Shown: piece after piece, positions 57,401 to 64,000 of the stretch
Numbering within the stretch: position 1 is the stretch's first letter
Layout: each line of letters opens with the position of its first letter
Source of the DNA: a candidate division FCPU426 bacterium
GTDB lineage: Bacteria; Oederibacteriota; Muellerivitia; Muellerivitales; Muellerivitaceae
NCBI GenBank assembly: GCA_963771075.1
Contig: CAVYSE010000011.1
Coordinates: forward strand, 141,508 to 205,507
Length of the DNA: 64,000 nucleotides
Direction: 5' to 3'
Made by a program: the position numbers and the translations under genes
The notes under the pieces: model-generated
Database searches by the model: none
What the model saw: only the letters and a program-made list of their open reading frames with translations
Told to the model about the DNA's origin: nothing

Positions 57401-59018
57401 GTCCCTCAATGTCTCGCCTTTCAAAGATGACTCAGGGAAGGTCACGGCGGTTTCGGCGATATTACGGGACATCACGGAAACGAAAAAGGCGCGGGAAACG
57501 CGGGAGCGTTTGGCGGATATTTTGGAAAACAGCCCCATTGCCATCACCACGACCAATCTGGAAAGGAAGTTCATTCAATTCAACCATGCGGCTGAAAACC
57601 TTTATGGGTATAAAGCGGAGGAGATGTTGGGGAAAACCCATCGGACCCTGGTGCCGGAGGATCATTGGCAGCAACATTTAGAGGTCCGGGAAAATGTGCT
57701 CCAAGGGCAATCCGTCGTTCATTTTGAGTCGGTCCGGCGGAGAAAGGACGGGCAACCGATCGCGGTTTCAAGCACCCTTATTCCCTACCGGGATAGTGAA
57801 GGGAAAATCATGGGAGTCACGGCGATGTCGGTCGACATCACGGAACAAAAAAAAGCCGCGGAGACGCTGAATCGAAAGGAAGAGCAGATCAAACTGGCCC
57901 AGAAAATGGAAGCCATCGGCCGATTGGCGGGGGGAGTCGCCCATGACTTCAACAACCTATTGAGCATTATCGGGGGTAACGCCAACTTTGTCCTGGATGA
58001 CCCTGCCTTTGAAGGACCCCACCGGGAAGAATTGGAAGAAATCAAGAAAGCCGTCCAGCAGGGGTCCGATTTAACCCGCCAACTGCTCTTGTTGGGGCAA
58101 AAGCAAATCTCCCAGGCCCAACCTATCCAACTCAACGATCTTTGCCGGGAAATGATGAAAATGTCCAAGCGGTTAGTGGACGCGTCCATCGAAATCACAC
58201 TCGACCTGGAAAAGGACCTGCACCCCATCTTCGCGGACCTGATCCAGATCCAGCAGGTGATCCTAAACCTGGTGTTGAACGCCCGGGACGCCATGCCGCG
58301 GGGCGGGAACCTGAGGATCCAAACCCGAAACGAGGTTTCGGAAGGCCAGCCATTTCTTTCGGAATACGCCTCCTGGGTCAAGTTGACCGTCACGGACACG
58401 GGAGTCGGGATGGATGCCCAGGTTCAAAAACATATCTTTGAACCCTTTTATACCACGAAGGGTGCGAAAGGAACCGGGTTGGGATTGACGACTGTTTATG
58501 GAATCGTGAAGCAATGGAAGGGACAGGTTCAAATCGAAAGCGCGGTGGGCCAGGGAACTTCTTTTTTCATATATTTCCCGGCTCATGAATCCGTGGAGAA
58601 ACAACCGGGTTTATCCCGACAGGTTTCCCTGATACCGAATGGTTCCGAAACCATCCTGGTGGTCGAGGACGAGCCCTCGGTCCGTCAGATCGTGGTCAAG
58701 AGTCTTCGAAAATGGGGATATAAGGTTCTGGAAGCGGAAAATGGGGTGGACGCAGTTCGGGAAAGTTGGAATTATAAAGGGGAAATCCACCTGCTTTTAA
58801 CCGATACCGTCATGCCTAAAATGGACGGGTTTCAGCTCGCGGAAGAATTAAGAAACACCAGGCCGCGGATGAAGGTGCTTTTCATGTCGGGATACCCGCG
58901 GGATATCCTTTCCAGCAAAGGGATATTGAACCCGGACATCTTTTTAGTGAGAAAACCATTCGCGAAAGATGAGCTTGCCCAACAAATACGGCAATTGTTG
59001 GACCAAAAGAAAAAATAA
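54468..59018 (+). CDS. Giant hybrid sensor histidine kinase (N-terminal receiver-like domain, about 8 PAS/PAC domains, HisKA, HATPase_c, C-terminal receiver)
   Basis: Repeated PAS cores are present (e.g. ...NPKFCQMLGYEPSELIDRP..., ...NPKFCQLLGYNESELIGRN...). H-box LAGGVAHDFNNLL; G-box GTGLGLTTVYGIV; C-terminal REC (LVVEDEPSVRQ...LLLTDTVMPKMDG). Confidence 0.85.
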   Translation: MKPVPGDSNPDSEEKRLLLICHEDLIASRILKILEKISVEPYAVERAMIFGQVFKAVANPSFHICLIVESTDPNQALSFLHTSLLKQRDIPIILLSHMDPDAGTVEAFRLGAADFISLNQLDATVLERSLRYALERKRARDAVRESEDFFRVVIENNQDGISVIDPNGKVRYTSSSLSRILGYSPEERIGKYTFDVLHPDDMNWIQEAFKGLLQNPGSVQKGQVRARHKDGAWRYLDLAAKSHYFSQYSSLAVVLNYRDVTDRVKAQQVTERLASIVDSSHDAIYTLSREGVIFSWNPRAREIYGFPPEEISGRHFSLIMDQDESNRFQTTLEEVFEGRGPNSFQTTHRSKVGKLISVSLVLSPIRDSKGQINRVSVIARDISPEYKLMEIGKRLSSLLENAPTAIYSGDKEGVITMWSRGAEKIFGYKAEEMIGQKTDILEVPENPGEIAKLRKEVNDGKAHIHYETVRRRKDGSRVNMIFQIFPALDANGKNVGVTAIGEDVTSRMIAERALNESEARLRDIFEKSPLGMALTTTSGLLRIVNPKFCQMLGYEPSELIDRPIMEISYPQDLPREVEGMRNLIQGKIGYLELDKRYLHKRGHWIWTHLVASMLTPEKSEDNLVLGMVEDITDRVFAKRALEESEARFKQIFHESPIGMGLVRQDGIVLMINPKFCQLLGYNESELIGRNYFEFISPDELKEAKDNLAAMYRGDRHSYSVERRYRRRDGQWFWGHMEVTRMKTAEGAPLLAFGMLEDISERKKSQETREFLVNVLENTGEAVITADLNGTLLSWNKAAETLYGFTAAEAIGKKARDLMPEGKAREIQALMDRFIQGEKIKNHEMIRLKNNGEPFYASITFSLLKDERGAKKGITMVIRDVSEMKKARKSQDRLANILEHSYDAILGIDMEGVITHWNIGAETMFGYTASEAHGQNIQLLVPEEYRSETRYLMEKAVKGESVGNFETVRRRKNGSLIDVSLNVSPFKDDSGKVTAVSAILRDITETKKARETRERLADILENSPIAITTTNLERKFIQFNHAAENLYGYKAEEMLGKTHRTLVPEDHWQQHLEVRENVLQGQSVVHFESVRRRKDGQPIAVSSTLIPYRDSEGKIMGVTAMSVDITEQKKAAETLNRKEEQIKLAQKMEAIGRLAGGVAHDFNNLLSIIGGNANFVLDDPAFEGPHREELEEIKKAVQQGSDLTRQLLLLGQKQISQAQPIQLNDLCREMMKMSKRLVDASIEITLDLEKDLHPIFADLIQIQQVILNLVLNARDAMPRGGNLRIQTRNEVSEGQPFLSEYASWVKLTVTDTGVGMDAQVQKHIFEPFYTTKGAKGTGLGLTTVYGIVKQWKGQVQIESAVGQGTSFFIYFPAHESVEKQPGLSRQVSLIPNGSETILVVEDEPSVRQIVVKSLRKWGYKVLEAENGVDAVRESWNYKGEIHLLLTDTVMPKMDGFQLAEELRNTRPRMKVLFMSGYPRDILSSKGILNPDIFLVRKPFAKDELAQQIRQLLDQKKK

Positions 59019-59043
59019 ATAAAGCTCCCGAATTCCCTGTGAA

Positions 59044-60396
59044 TTAAACCTGGTCTTTCTTCAAACCGTAACGTTTCAACTGGTTAAAGAGGGTTTTACG
59101 GGTAATGCCCAGTAAATCGGCGGCCTTGGATTTATTCCCCTTGGTCATGGTCAGGGCCCGTTGAATATTCAAAATATCCGATTCCTTCTGTTTCAACACG
59201 GGTTTATCCAAGGAGGGGAAGGGTTTTACCTCCCGAACTTCTTTCGGCAAGTCTCTCAGGGTCAAGCCGCCTCCCTTGGCCATTACCACCATGCGTTCAA
59301 TCAGGTGTTTGAGTTCACGAACGTTTCCGGGCCAGGAATAGGCTTGCAGGGCCGAAAGGATATCCTTGTTTAGGAGGCTTAGGTTTTTATTGAAGGCCCG
59401 GCAGGCCTCCTGGTGGAAAAATTGAGCCAATTGGGCGATATCTTCCGACCGGTTGCGCAGCGGGGGGATTTCCAAGGGAACCACATTCAAGCGATAAAAC
59501 AAATCGGCCCGGAACCGGCCTTCTTTGACCTCGTTCTCCAGGTTGCGGTGGGTCGCGGTAATGATGCGGACGTCAAAGGGGATTTCTTTCACGCCGCCTA
59601 GCCTGCGGGAGGTCTTTTGCTCCAATACCTTCAGTAATTTGGTCTGAACCGCCTGGGTGAGCTCACCAATTTCATCCAGGAAAAGACTGCCCCCGTTGGC
59701 GATCTCGAACAAACCCTGTTTCTGCCTGCGGGCATCGGTGAAAGCACCCTGCTCATAACCGAAAAGCTCGGATTCCAGAATCGTTTCCGGCAAGGCTCCG
59801 CAATGGATTTCCACAAAGGGCCTGGAGGCGCGGGAAGAAAAGGAATGGACCAACCGGGCCACATGCTCCTTTCCCGTTCCCGTCTCCCCCAGGATCAAAA
59901 CCGTAATTTGGTCCTGCTGGGCGACCTGCGTTATGGAGGTATAAAGTTTTTGCATTTCCGGGTTGGAGAGGAAAAGGTAATCCTTGCGGTACATTTCCAA
60001 CTGGTTTTTCTTGAGTCCCTCGATTTGGGTGATCAGGCCCCGCTTCTCGGCGATGTGTTTCGTGATGAGTTTGAGTTTTTGGTGATCGATGGGTTTCTCG
60101 AGATAATCCTCCGCGCCAAGCTTCATGGCCTGAACGGCCGAGTCCACCGTACCCCCTCCGGTGATGATGACGACGGAGCAAGCGCTATAGGCCTGGTTCA
60201 GCTTTTCCAACACTTCCATGCCGTTGACGTCGGGCAGGTGAATGTCCAAAAGAAGCATGTCAGGCTGGATGATCTTATGCTTTTCGATCCCCTCGGACGC
60301 GGTATAGGCGGGATAAACCTCGTGGCCTTCTTGGGTCAATATTTTGGAAAGGATTTTGACGAGGGATTCTTCATCGTCCAAGATCAGAATTTTCAA
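59044..60396 (-). CDS. NtrC-family sigma-54-dependent response regulator (REC, AAA+ sigma-54 activation domain, Fis-type HTH)
   Basis: REC (ILILDDEES...LLLDIHLPDVNG), Walker A GETGTGKE, GAFTDA motif, ESELFGYEQGAFT and C-terminal HTH. Confidence 0.85.
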   Translation of the reverse strand: MKILILDDEESLVKILSKILTQEGHEVYPAYTASEGIEKHKIIQPDMLLLDIHLPDVNGMEVLEKLNQAYSACSVVIITGGGTVDSAVQAMKLGAEDYLEKPIDHQKLKLITKHIAEKRGLITQIEGLKKNQLEMYRKDYLFLSNPEMQKLYTSITQVAQQDQITVLILGETGTGKEHVARLVHSFSSRASRPFVEIHCGALPETILESELFGYEQGAFTDARRQKQGLFEIANGGSLFLDEIGELTQAVQTKLLKVLEQKTSRRLGGVKEIPFDVRIITATHRNLENEVKEGRFRADLFYRLNVVPLEIPPLRNRSEDIAQLAQFFHQEACRAFNKNLSLLNKDILSALQAYSWPGNVRELKHLIERMVVMAKGGGLTLRDLPKEVREVKPFPSLDKPVLKQKESDILNIQRALTMTKGNKSKAADLLGITRKTLFNQLKRYGLKKDQV

Positions 60397-60592
60397 GGTT
60401 GAGCCTGCTTGTGTGAAATTGTGTTTATAGCTTATGCATAGTTTAACGTTGGATTATTTAGCAATAGATGAAAAATTTTAATTCGCGATTCGAGTGTCAT
60501 GGTCAATTGGGTAATAAATACTCACTCGGAAAAGGAATACCCTCCAATAAATCGGGTAGTGAAGAAATACCCTTTGAAACGGGGCCATCTAT

Positions 60593-60608
60593 TGGCATGC
60601 CCCATGCT
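60593..60608 (+). promoter_or_regulatory. Candidate sigma-54 (-24/-12) promoter TGGCAT-N5-ATGCT upstream of the 60677 gene
   Basis: The GG and GC dinucleotides are spaced as in the TGGCAC-N5-TTGCW consensus. It lies about 70 nt upstream of the ORF start, divergent from the NtrC-family activator. Confidence 0.45.
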
Positions 60609-60676
60609 TTATCTATGACGAAGGGTGGGAAACGGGACTCGCAGGAAAGGCGTTTCGCACGGCAAAGGGGGCTGAC

Positions 60677-61807
60677 ATGAAGAAAACGCGAAAATTAATT
60701 GAAGTGACCATCCTGATTCTCGTTTCGGCGATGGTTTCGGGAGCCCGTGCGGGCCAACCCCAATCCGGCGAGGAGTTCAAGGGACTCCTGCCCGCCAAAG
60801 CCATCCTGCTTACCCAAGCTTCTTATGACCTTCGCCAAACCGGGTCGGCGGACCACCTGGTCTATTACTTGGCCGGGAAAACCTGGGGAATGGCGGTCAT
60901 CAGCCGAGAGAATACACTCCTTTTTAAATATGAAAAAACCAATGTGGACCATTTGTATTTTCAGGGCAAACAGAATCCGGGAGTGGTTTTCCTGGACGAG
61001 GTCAGCAAGAAGCCATTTCTGGTCTATAACAATTACTCGGATGCCATCCACTCCGAATACCACATCTTTCGATGGGCGGGATCTTCCTTTGAGGAAGTGA
61101 ACCATCCACGGTGGGGGGACAATCCCCAAATCCAGGAGTTGGATAATCAAGTCGTGGTCGTCACCGATAATTTTGGAAATGGCGTACCCTCGGTTTACCA
61201 ATACCGGCAGGGAGGGGTCGTCGAGGCCAACCGGGATTTTCCGTTCTTTTTCGAAGCCGCAGTGAAAGAGGCTTGGAAGGCCCTGGAAGATCCGGTCCTG
61301 GGCATCTTGCCGGGAGCCATGGCGGCGAAAGCGGCCTATTTGCCCGCTTTCCTTTACTCGGGGAAAGAGTCGGACGGGCTCAGATACGCCGACCGGCTCC
61401 TTCAATCGGGGCCTTCCGAGTTGACCGCGTCGGTATTGGCCGGAATCCACATGGGCAAAGGGAACCTATGGATGGCGATGGGGAAGGAAGAAGAGGGGAT
61501 GAACGAATTCCAATTGGCGGACCGGTTGGAACATGGCGCTAAAAGCGCGGATGGCGCCGGAGCCTTTATCAAGATGGCCCTCTTTTTTGAATCCCAAGGC
61601 GATCTTCATCGCGAAGCGCTGGCCTATGAAAAGGCATTGAACCGTTTGGGCCAAAGGGATCGGGCGCAAGCGGAGCAATTAAGGGAAAAGGTGTCACGGT
61701 TGTTGGAAATAATGGACGCAAAAGGAGTGAAAGAAAGCCAAGGGACCCAGATTGATCTGGGCCACCCCTTGACGGTGACGACCTCCCGCAGGGGAGGAAT
61801 CCAATAG
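60677..61807 (+). CDS. Hypothetical secreted protein with C-terminal TPR-like helical repeats
   Basis: Signal peptide MKKTRKLIEVTILILVSAMVSGARA. The C-terminal alpha-helical repeat region is ...LFFESQGDLHREALAYEKAL.... Confidence 0.5.
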   Translation: MKKTRKLIEVTILILVSAMVSGARAGQPQSGEEFKGLLPAKAILLTQASYDLRQTGSADHLVYYLAGKTWGMAVISRENTLLFKYEKTNVDHLYFQGKQNPGVVFLDEVSKKPFLVYNNYSDAIHSEYHIFRWAGSSFEEVNHPRWGDNPQIQELDNQVVVVTDNFGNGVPSVYQYRQGGVVEANRDFPFFFEAAVKEAWKALEDPVLGILPGAMAAKAAYLPAFLYSGKESDGLRYADRLLQSGPSELTASVLAGIHMGKGNLWMAMGKEEEGMNEFQLADRLEHGAKSADGAGAFIKMALFFESQGDLHREALAYEKALNRLGQRDRAQAEQLREKVSRLLEIMDAKGVKESQGTQIDLGHPLTVTTSRRGGIQ

Positions 61808-61920
61808 ATCGATGGATTTAAAATTTCAGGAAGGGTAGAAGGAGGCGGGACGAAATCCCCCTCCTTTTTTATGTGGGTAGAAACATGGCGCGGGGGGAAG
61901 TTCAACCCGGTTTATCCTCT

Positions 61921-62268
61921 TTAAAGGATTTCCCTCAAACGGTCCGCGGGGCGGGCCAGGATGGCCTTCGCTCCCTTTTCCACAATGGGTCGTTGGATCA
62001 ATTCCGGATGTTTCTCCATGAGGTCCAGGTAATCCTCCTCGGAAAGTTCTTTTTTGGAAAGACCGAGGGTTTTGTAAATTTCCTCCTTCGTCCGAAGAAG
62101 CTCCCGGGCCGGTATTTCCATTTTTCTCAGAAGTTCCTTCAACTTGGTTTTGGGGATAGGCTCCAGGAAATAATTCACCGAATCGAAATCCACGCCGCTT
62201 TCCTGAAGTGCGTTATAGACCTGGCGGCAGGTGGTGCAGGTGGGTTTTTGATAAATCGTGATTTTCAT
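61921..62268 (-). CDS. ArsC/Spx-family protein (CxxC thioredoxin-like fold)
   Basis: The N-terminus MKITIYQKPTCTTCRQ is comparable to Spx/YusI LYTSPSCTSCRKA. About 115 aa. Confidence 0.75.
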   Translation of the reverse strand: MKITIYQKPTCTTCRQVYNALQESGVDFDSVNYFLEPIPKTKLKELLRKMEIPARELLRTKEEIYKTLGLSKKELSEEDYLDLMEKHPELIQRPIVEKGAKAILARPADRLREIL

Positions 62269-62314
62269 GGTTCCTTCCGGGTTCGGTGGATGGGCAAGGC
62301 CCTACAACGGGAGT

Positions 62315-63169
62315 TTAACGGGCCCAGCAAAACCAAATCAAGGAGGCAAGGGCTAGGCAGTAGATGCCGAAATAACTCCACTTTCCCTTTTCCAGCCAGC
62401 TGGAAAGCCAGCGGAGGGCCAAAAGCCCGGCTCCGAAACTGAAGATCAATCCCAAAACGTCCTGGGCCAGCAGATGGGATAGGCTTTCCGTTCCCGGGCC
62501 GGAAAGGGCGTGCGATTTAATGAGGCGCCATAACTCTTTCCCCAAGGCGAAGGGCGTGATGGCTACCGCCAGGGCGAAGCTGTACTCCTCGGCCTTGCGC
62601 CGGTTCAAGCCCAGCATGAACCCGGTGGAAATGGTGGCGCCGGAACGGGACAGGCCCCGGAAGGGCAGGCAGAGCCCCTGCACCAGGCCGATCCAAATCG
62701 ACTCCTTCGGACCCAGTTTTCCCCCTTCGCCCTCGGGCGGTACCCGCAGGGAAGCCGCGAGGATGAGAAGGCCCGCCGAGGCCAGCGCGGCGGAAACCAG
62801 CTTCAGGTTCCCGAAAAGCATTTCAATCTCGGCGCTTGGCGTGGACCGAAGCATCCACTTTTCAATGACCTTCATCAGGATAAAGCCCAGGACCAGGGTG
62901 ACACCCGTGGCGAGGAGAACCTGTTTGAAGAAGGCCGTTCTTTTTTCAGGGGAAAGGAAATAATGGATCCGCCAATCCTTCCAGAAATAAACCAGCACCG
63001 CGAACATGGTTCCCGTATGAAGCATGACCAGCAAAAGGGTCATGGCGGGACGGGCGGGGTCCAGGCCCAACAGCTTTTCCGCCAAAATGACATGGGCGGA
63101 GGAGGAAACGGGTAAAAGCTCCGTCAGGCCCTGGACAATGGCCAAGACGATGATCGCCAAAAAACTCAC
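62315..63169 (-). CDS. uppP: Undecaprenyl-diphosphate phosphatase
   Basis: BacA/UppP motifs ...GLTELLPVSSSAHVIL... and ...GLSRSGATISTG.... GTG start with RBS AAGGAG. Confidence 0.85.
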   Translation of the reverse strand: MSFLAIIVLAIVQGLTELLPVSSSAHVILAEKLLGLDPARPAMTLLLVMLHTGTMFAVLVYFWKDWRIHYFLSPEKRTAFFKQVLLATGVTLVLGFILMKVIEKWMLRSTPSAEIEMLFGNLKLVSAALASAGLLILAASLRVPPEGEGGKLGPKESIWIGLVQGLCLPFRGLSRSGATISTGFMLGLNRRKAEEYSFALAVAITPFALGKELWRLIKSHALSGPGTESLSHLLAQDVLGLIFSFGAGLLALRWLSSWLEKGKWSYFGIYCLALASLIWFCWAR

Positions 63170-63205
63170 GGAAAGACTCCTTTGTCCTGGAAAATGGGGC
63201 GGCTT

Positions 63206-63694
63206 TTACCGGGTGGGGGTCAACAAGGCTTCCTGTCGCCGCTGGGCGGTGGTATGGGGGAAGAGGGTGCCGGGAACGTTGTAACGGTCCAGGATCATGT
63301 AAGCGTCGTAAATTTTACCGGAACCATTTTGATTAAAGCATTGGATGGTGTATTGAATGCCGGGAATATAGTTGGGATCGTTCGGAGCCACCCCGCCTTG
63401 CGGGGGTTGGGTGCCCGTACTCTTGTTCGCCACCTTGGTGACTGAGAAATAACGGTAGGTGTGGCCATAACAAATTTCAGCGGCCCGGTAAAGCGCCGCG
63501 AATTTGACGAAATCCATCTGCCGCGATTGGGCCACAAAGACCACCTCGAAAACCCCGCCGCCCAAATCCTTATCCGAGTATCCGCCTCCGTAAATATTGG
63601 CCTTTTCATAATTGGTCATGGGAGCGACGCAGCCTGAAACCATCAGGACACCCAACAGGATAGAGAAGGGGTGGCGGATAATTTTGAAATTCAT
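63206..63694 (-). CDS. Hypothetical lipoprotein
   Basis: Lipobox LMVSGC after a signal peptide. RBS AAGGAG lies 6 nt before ATG 63694. Confidence 0.55.
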   Translation of the reverse strand: MNFKIIRHPFSILLGVLMVSGCVAPMTNYEKANIYGGGYSDKDLGGGVFEVVFVAQSRQMDFVKFAALYRAAEICYGHTYRYFSVTKVANKSTGTQPPQGGVAPNDPNYIPGIQYTIQCFNQNGSGKIYDAYMILDRYNVPGTLFPHTTAQRRQEALLTPTR

Positions 63695-64000
63695 GATTTT
63701 CTCCTTAAATAAAAGGGTAAGCATAAAGCCGAGTGTTGAAAAGGTTGGCCAAACGGGGCCTTTTCAAAAAAGGGGTTGGGACCCGCCAGGGATTATAAGG
63801 GGTTTCGATCTTTTTGGAATCAGGGGAAAGGGCTCTCCGTTGTTTTTCCAACCCTATTCCTCCTTATATTTCCAAAGGCGCAGTGAAACAATAAGACTTA
63901 CAATCCAATCCGTTTCTTGCGCTGGTTCGTCTAAACTCACATGCGGATGGTCAGGAGGGCGCTTTGAATCATGGGACTAAAATTTTCGCGCTTTTGTTTT

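Overview
This is a 64-kb bacterial chromosomal segment of moderately high GC content with dense coding on both strands. I found no rRNA, tRNA, CRISPR array, transposase or integrase. A T9SS-type C-terminal sorting domain, DUF1569 and GH43/GH3 genes suggest an FCB-superphylum-like organism, but that is tentative. In window order, the content is as follows. (1) The tail of a P-type ATPase, then a split branched-chain amino-acid ABC transporter locus (binding protein, livH, livM; no ATPase genes in the window). The locus is interrupted by an EAL phosphodiesterase with a C-terminal Cache-like domain, a membrane metallophosphoesterase and a DUF1330 gene. (2) A YjbR/MmcQ gene remnant, a yefM-yoeB toxin-antitoxin pair and a GH3 beta-glucosidase. 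(3) A secreted protein with a Thr-Pro linker and a por-secretion-type tail, tandem DUF1569 paralogs (one frameshifted), an RsmB/F methyltransferase, DUF2461, YceI, a frameshifted HxlR regulator and an ECF sigma/anti-sigma pair. (4) An orphan radical-SAM/SPASM enzyme. (5) A nitrosative/redox-stress-like cluster: hemerythrin, RluA-family synthase, RIC/YtfE, a triple-DUF2249 protein, an NMO-family oxidoreductase, a phosphoribosyltransferase and a ZIP transporter. (6) A GH43 enzyme with a malectin-like module and a fatty-acid desaturase. (7) A coxB-coxA-coxC cytochrome oxidase operon with a long intercistronic hairpin, a hemerythrin-like protein and a VIT1 iron transporter. (8) An acetate-switch / lysine-acetylation island: AMP-forming Acs, a standalone DRTGG/BioD-like protein, a frameshifted Pat-like GNAT plus ADP-forming acyl-CoA synthetase, a CoA-transferase, an HDAC-type deacetylase, an outer-membrane beta-barrel and the acetate channel SatP. 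(9) A CRP/FNR-family regulator, pirin, and a signalling locus with two histidine kinases (one 1516 aa with about eight PAS domains), a CheY-like receiver, an NtrC-family activator and a candidate sigma-54 promoter. (10) An ArsC/Spx-family protein, uppP and a lipoprotein. The most notable non-coding signal is a 7-4-7 palindrome, TTATGAC-N4-GTCATAA, repeated in at least eight intergenic regions between 20 and 50 kb. It has the 5-N4-5 architecture of CRP/FNR-family operators, and the candidate cognate regulator is encoded in the window. Three genes carry frameshifts near homopolymer runs; these may be consensus errors rather than true pseudogenes.
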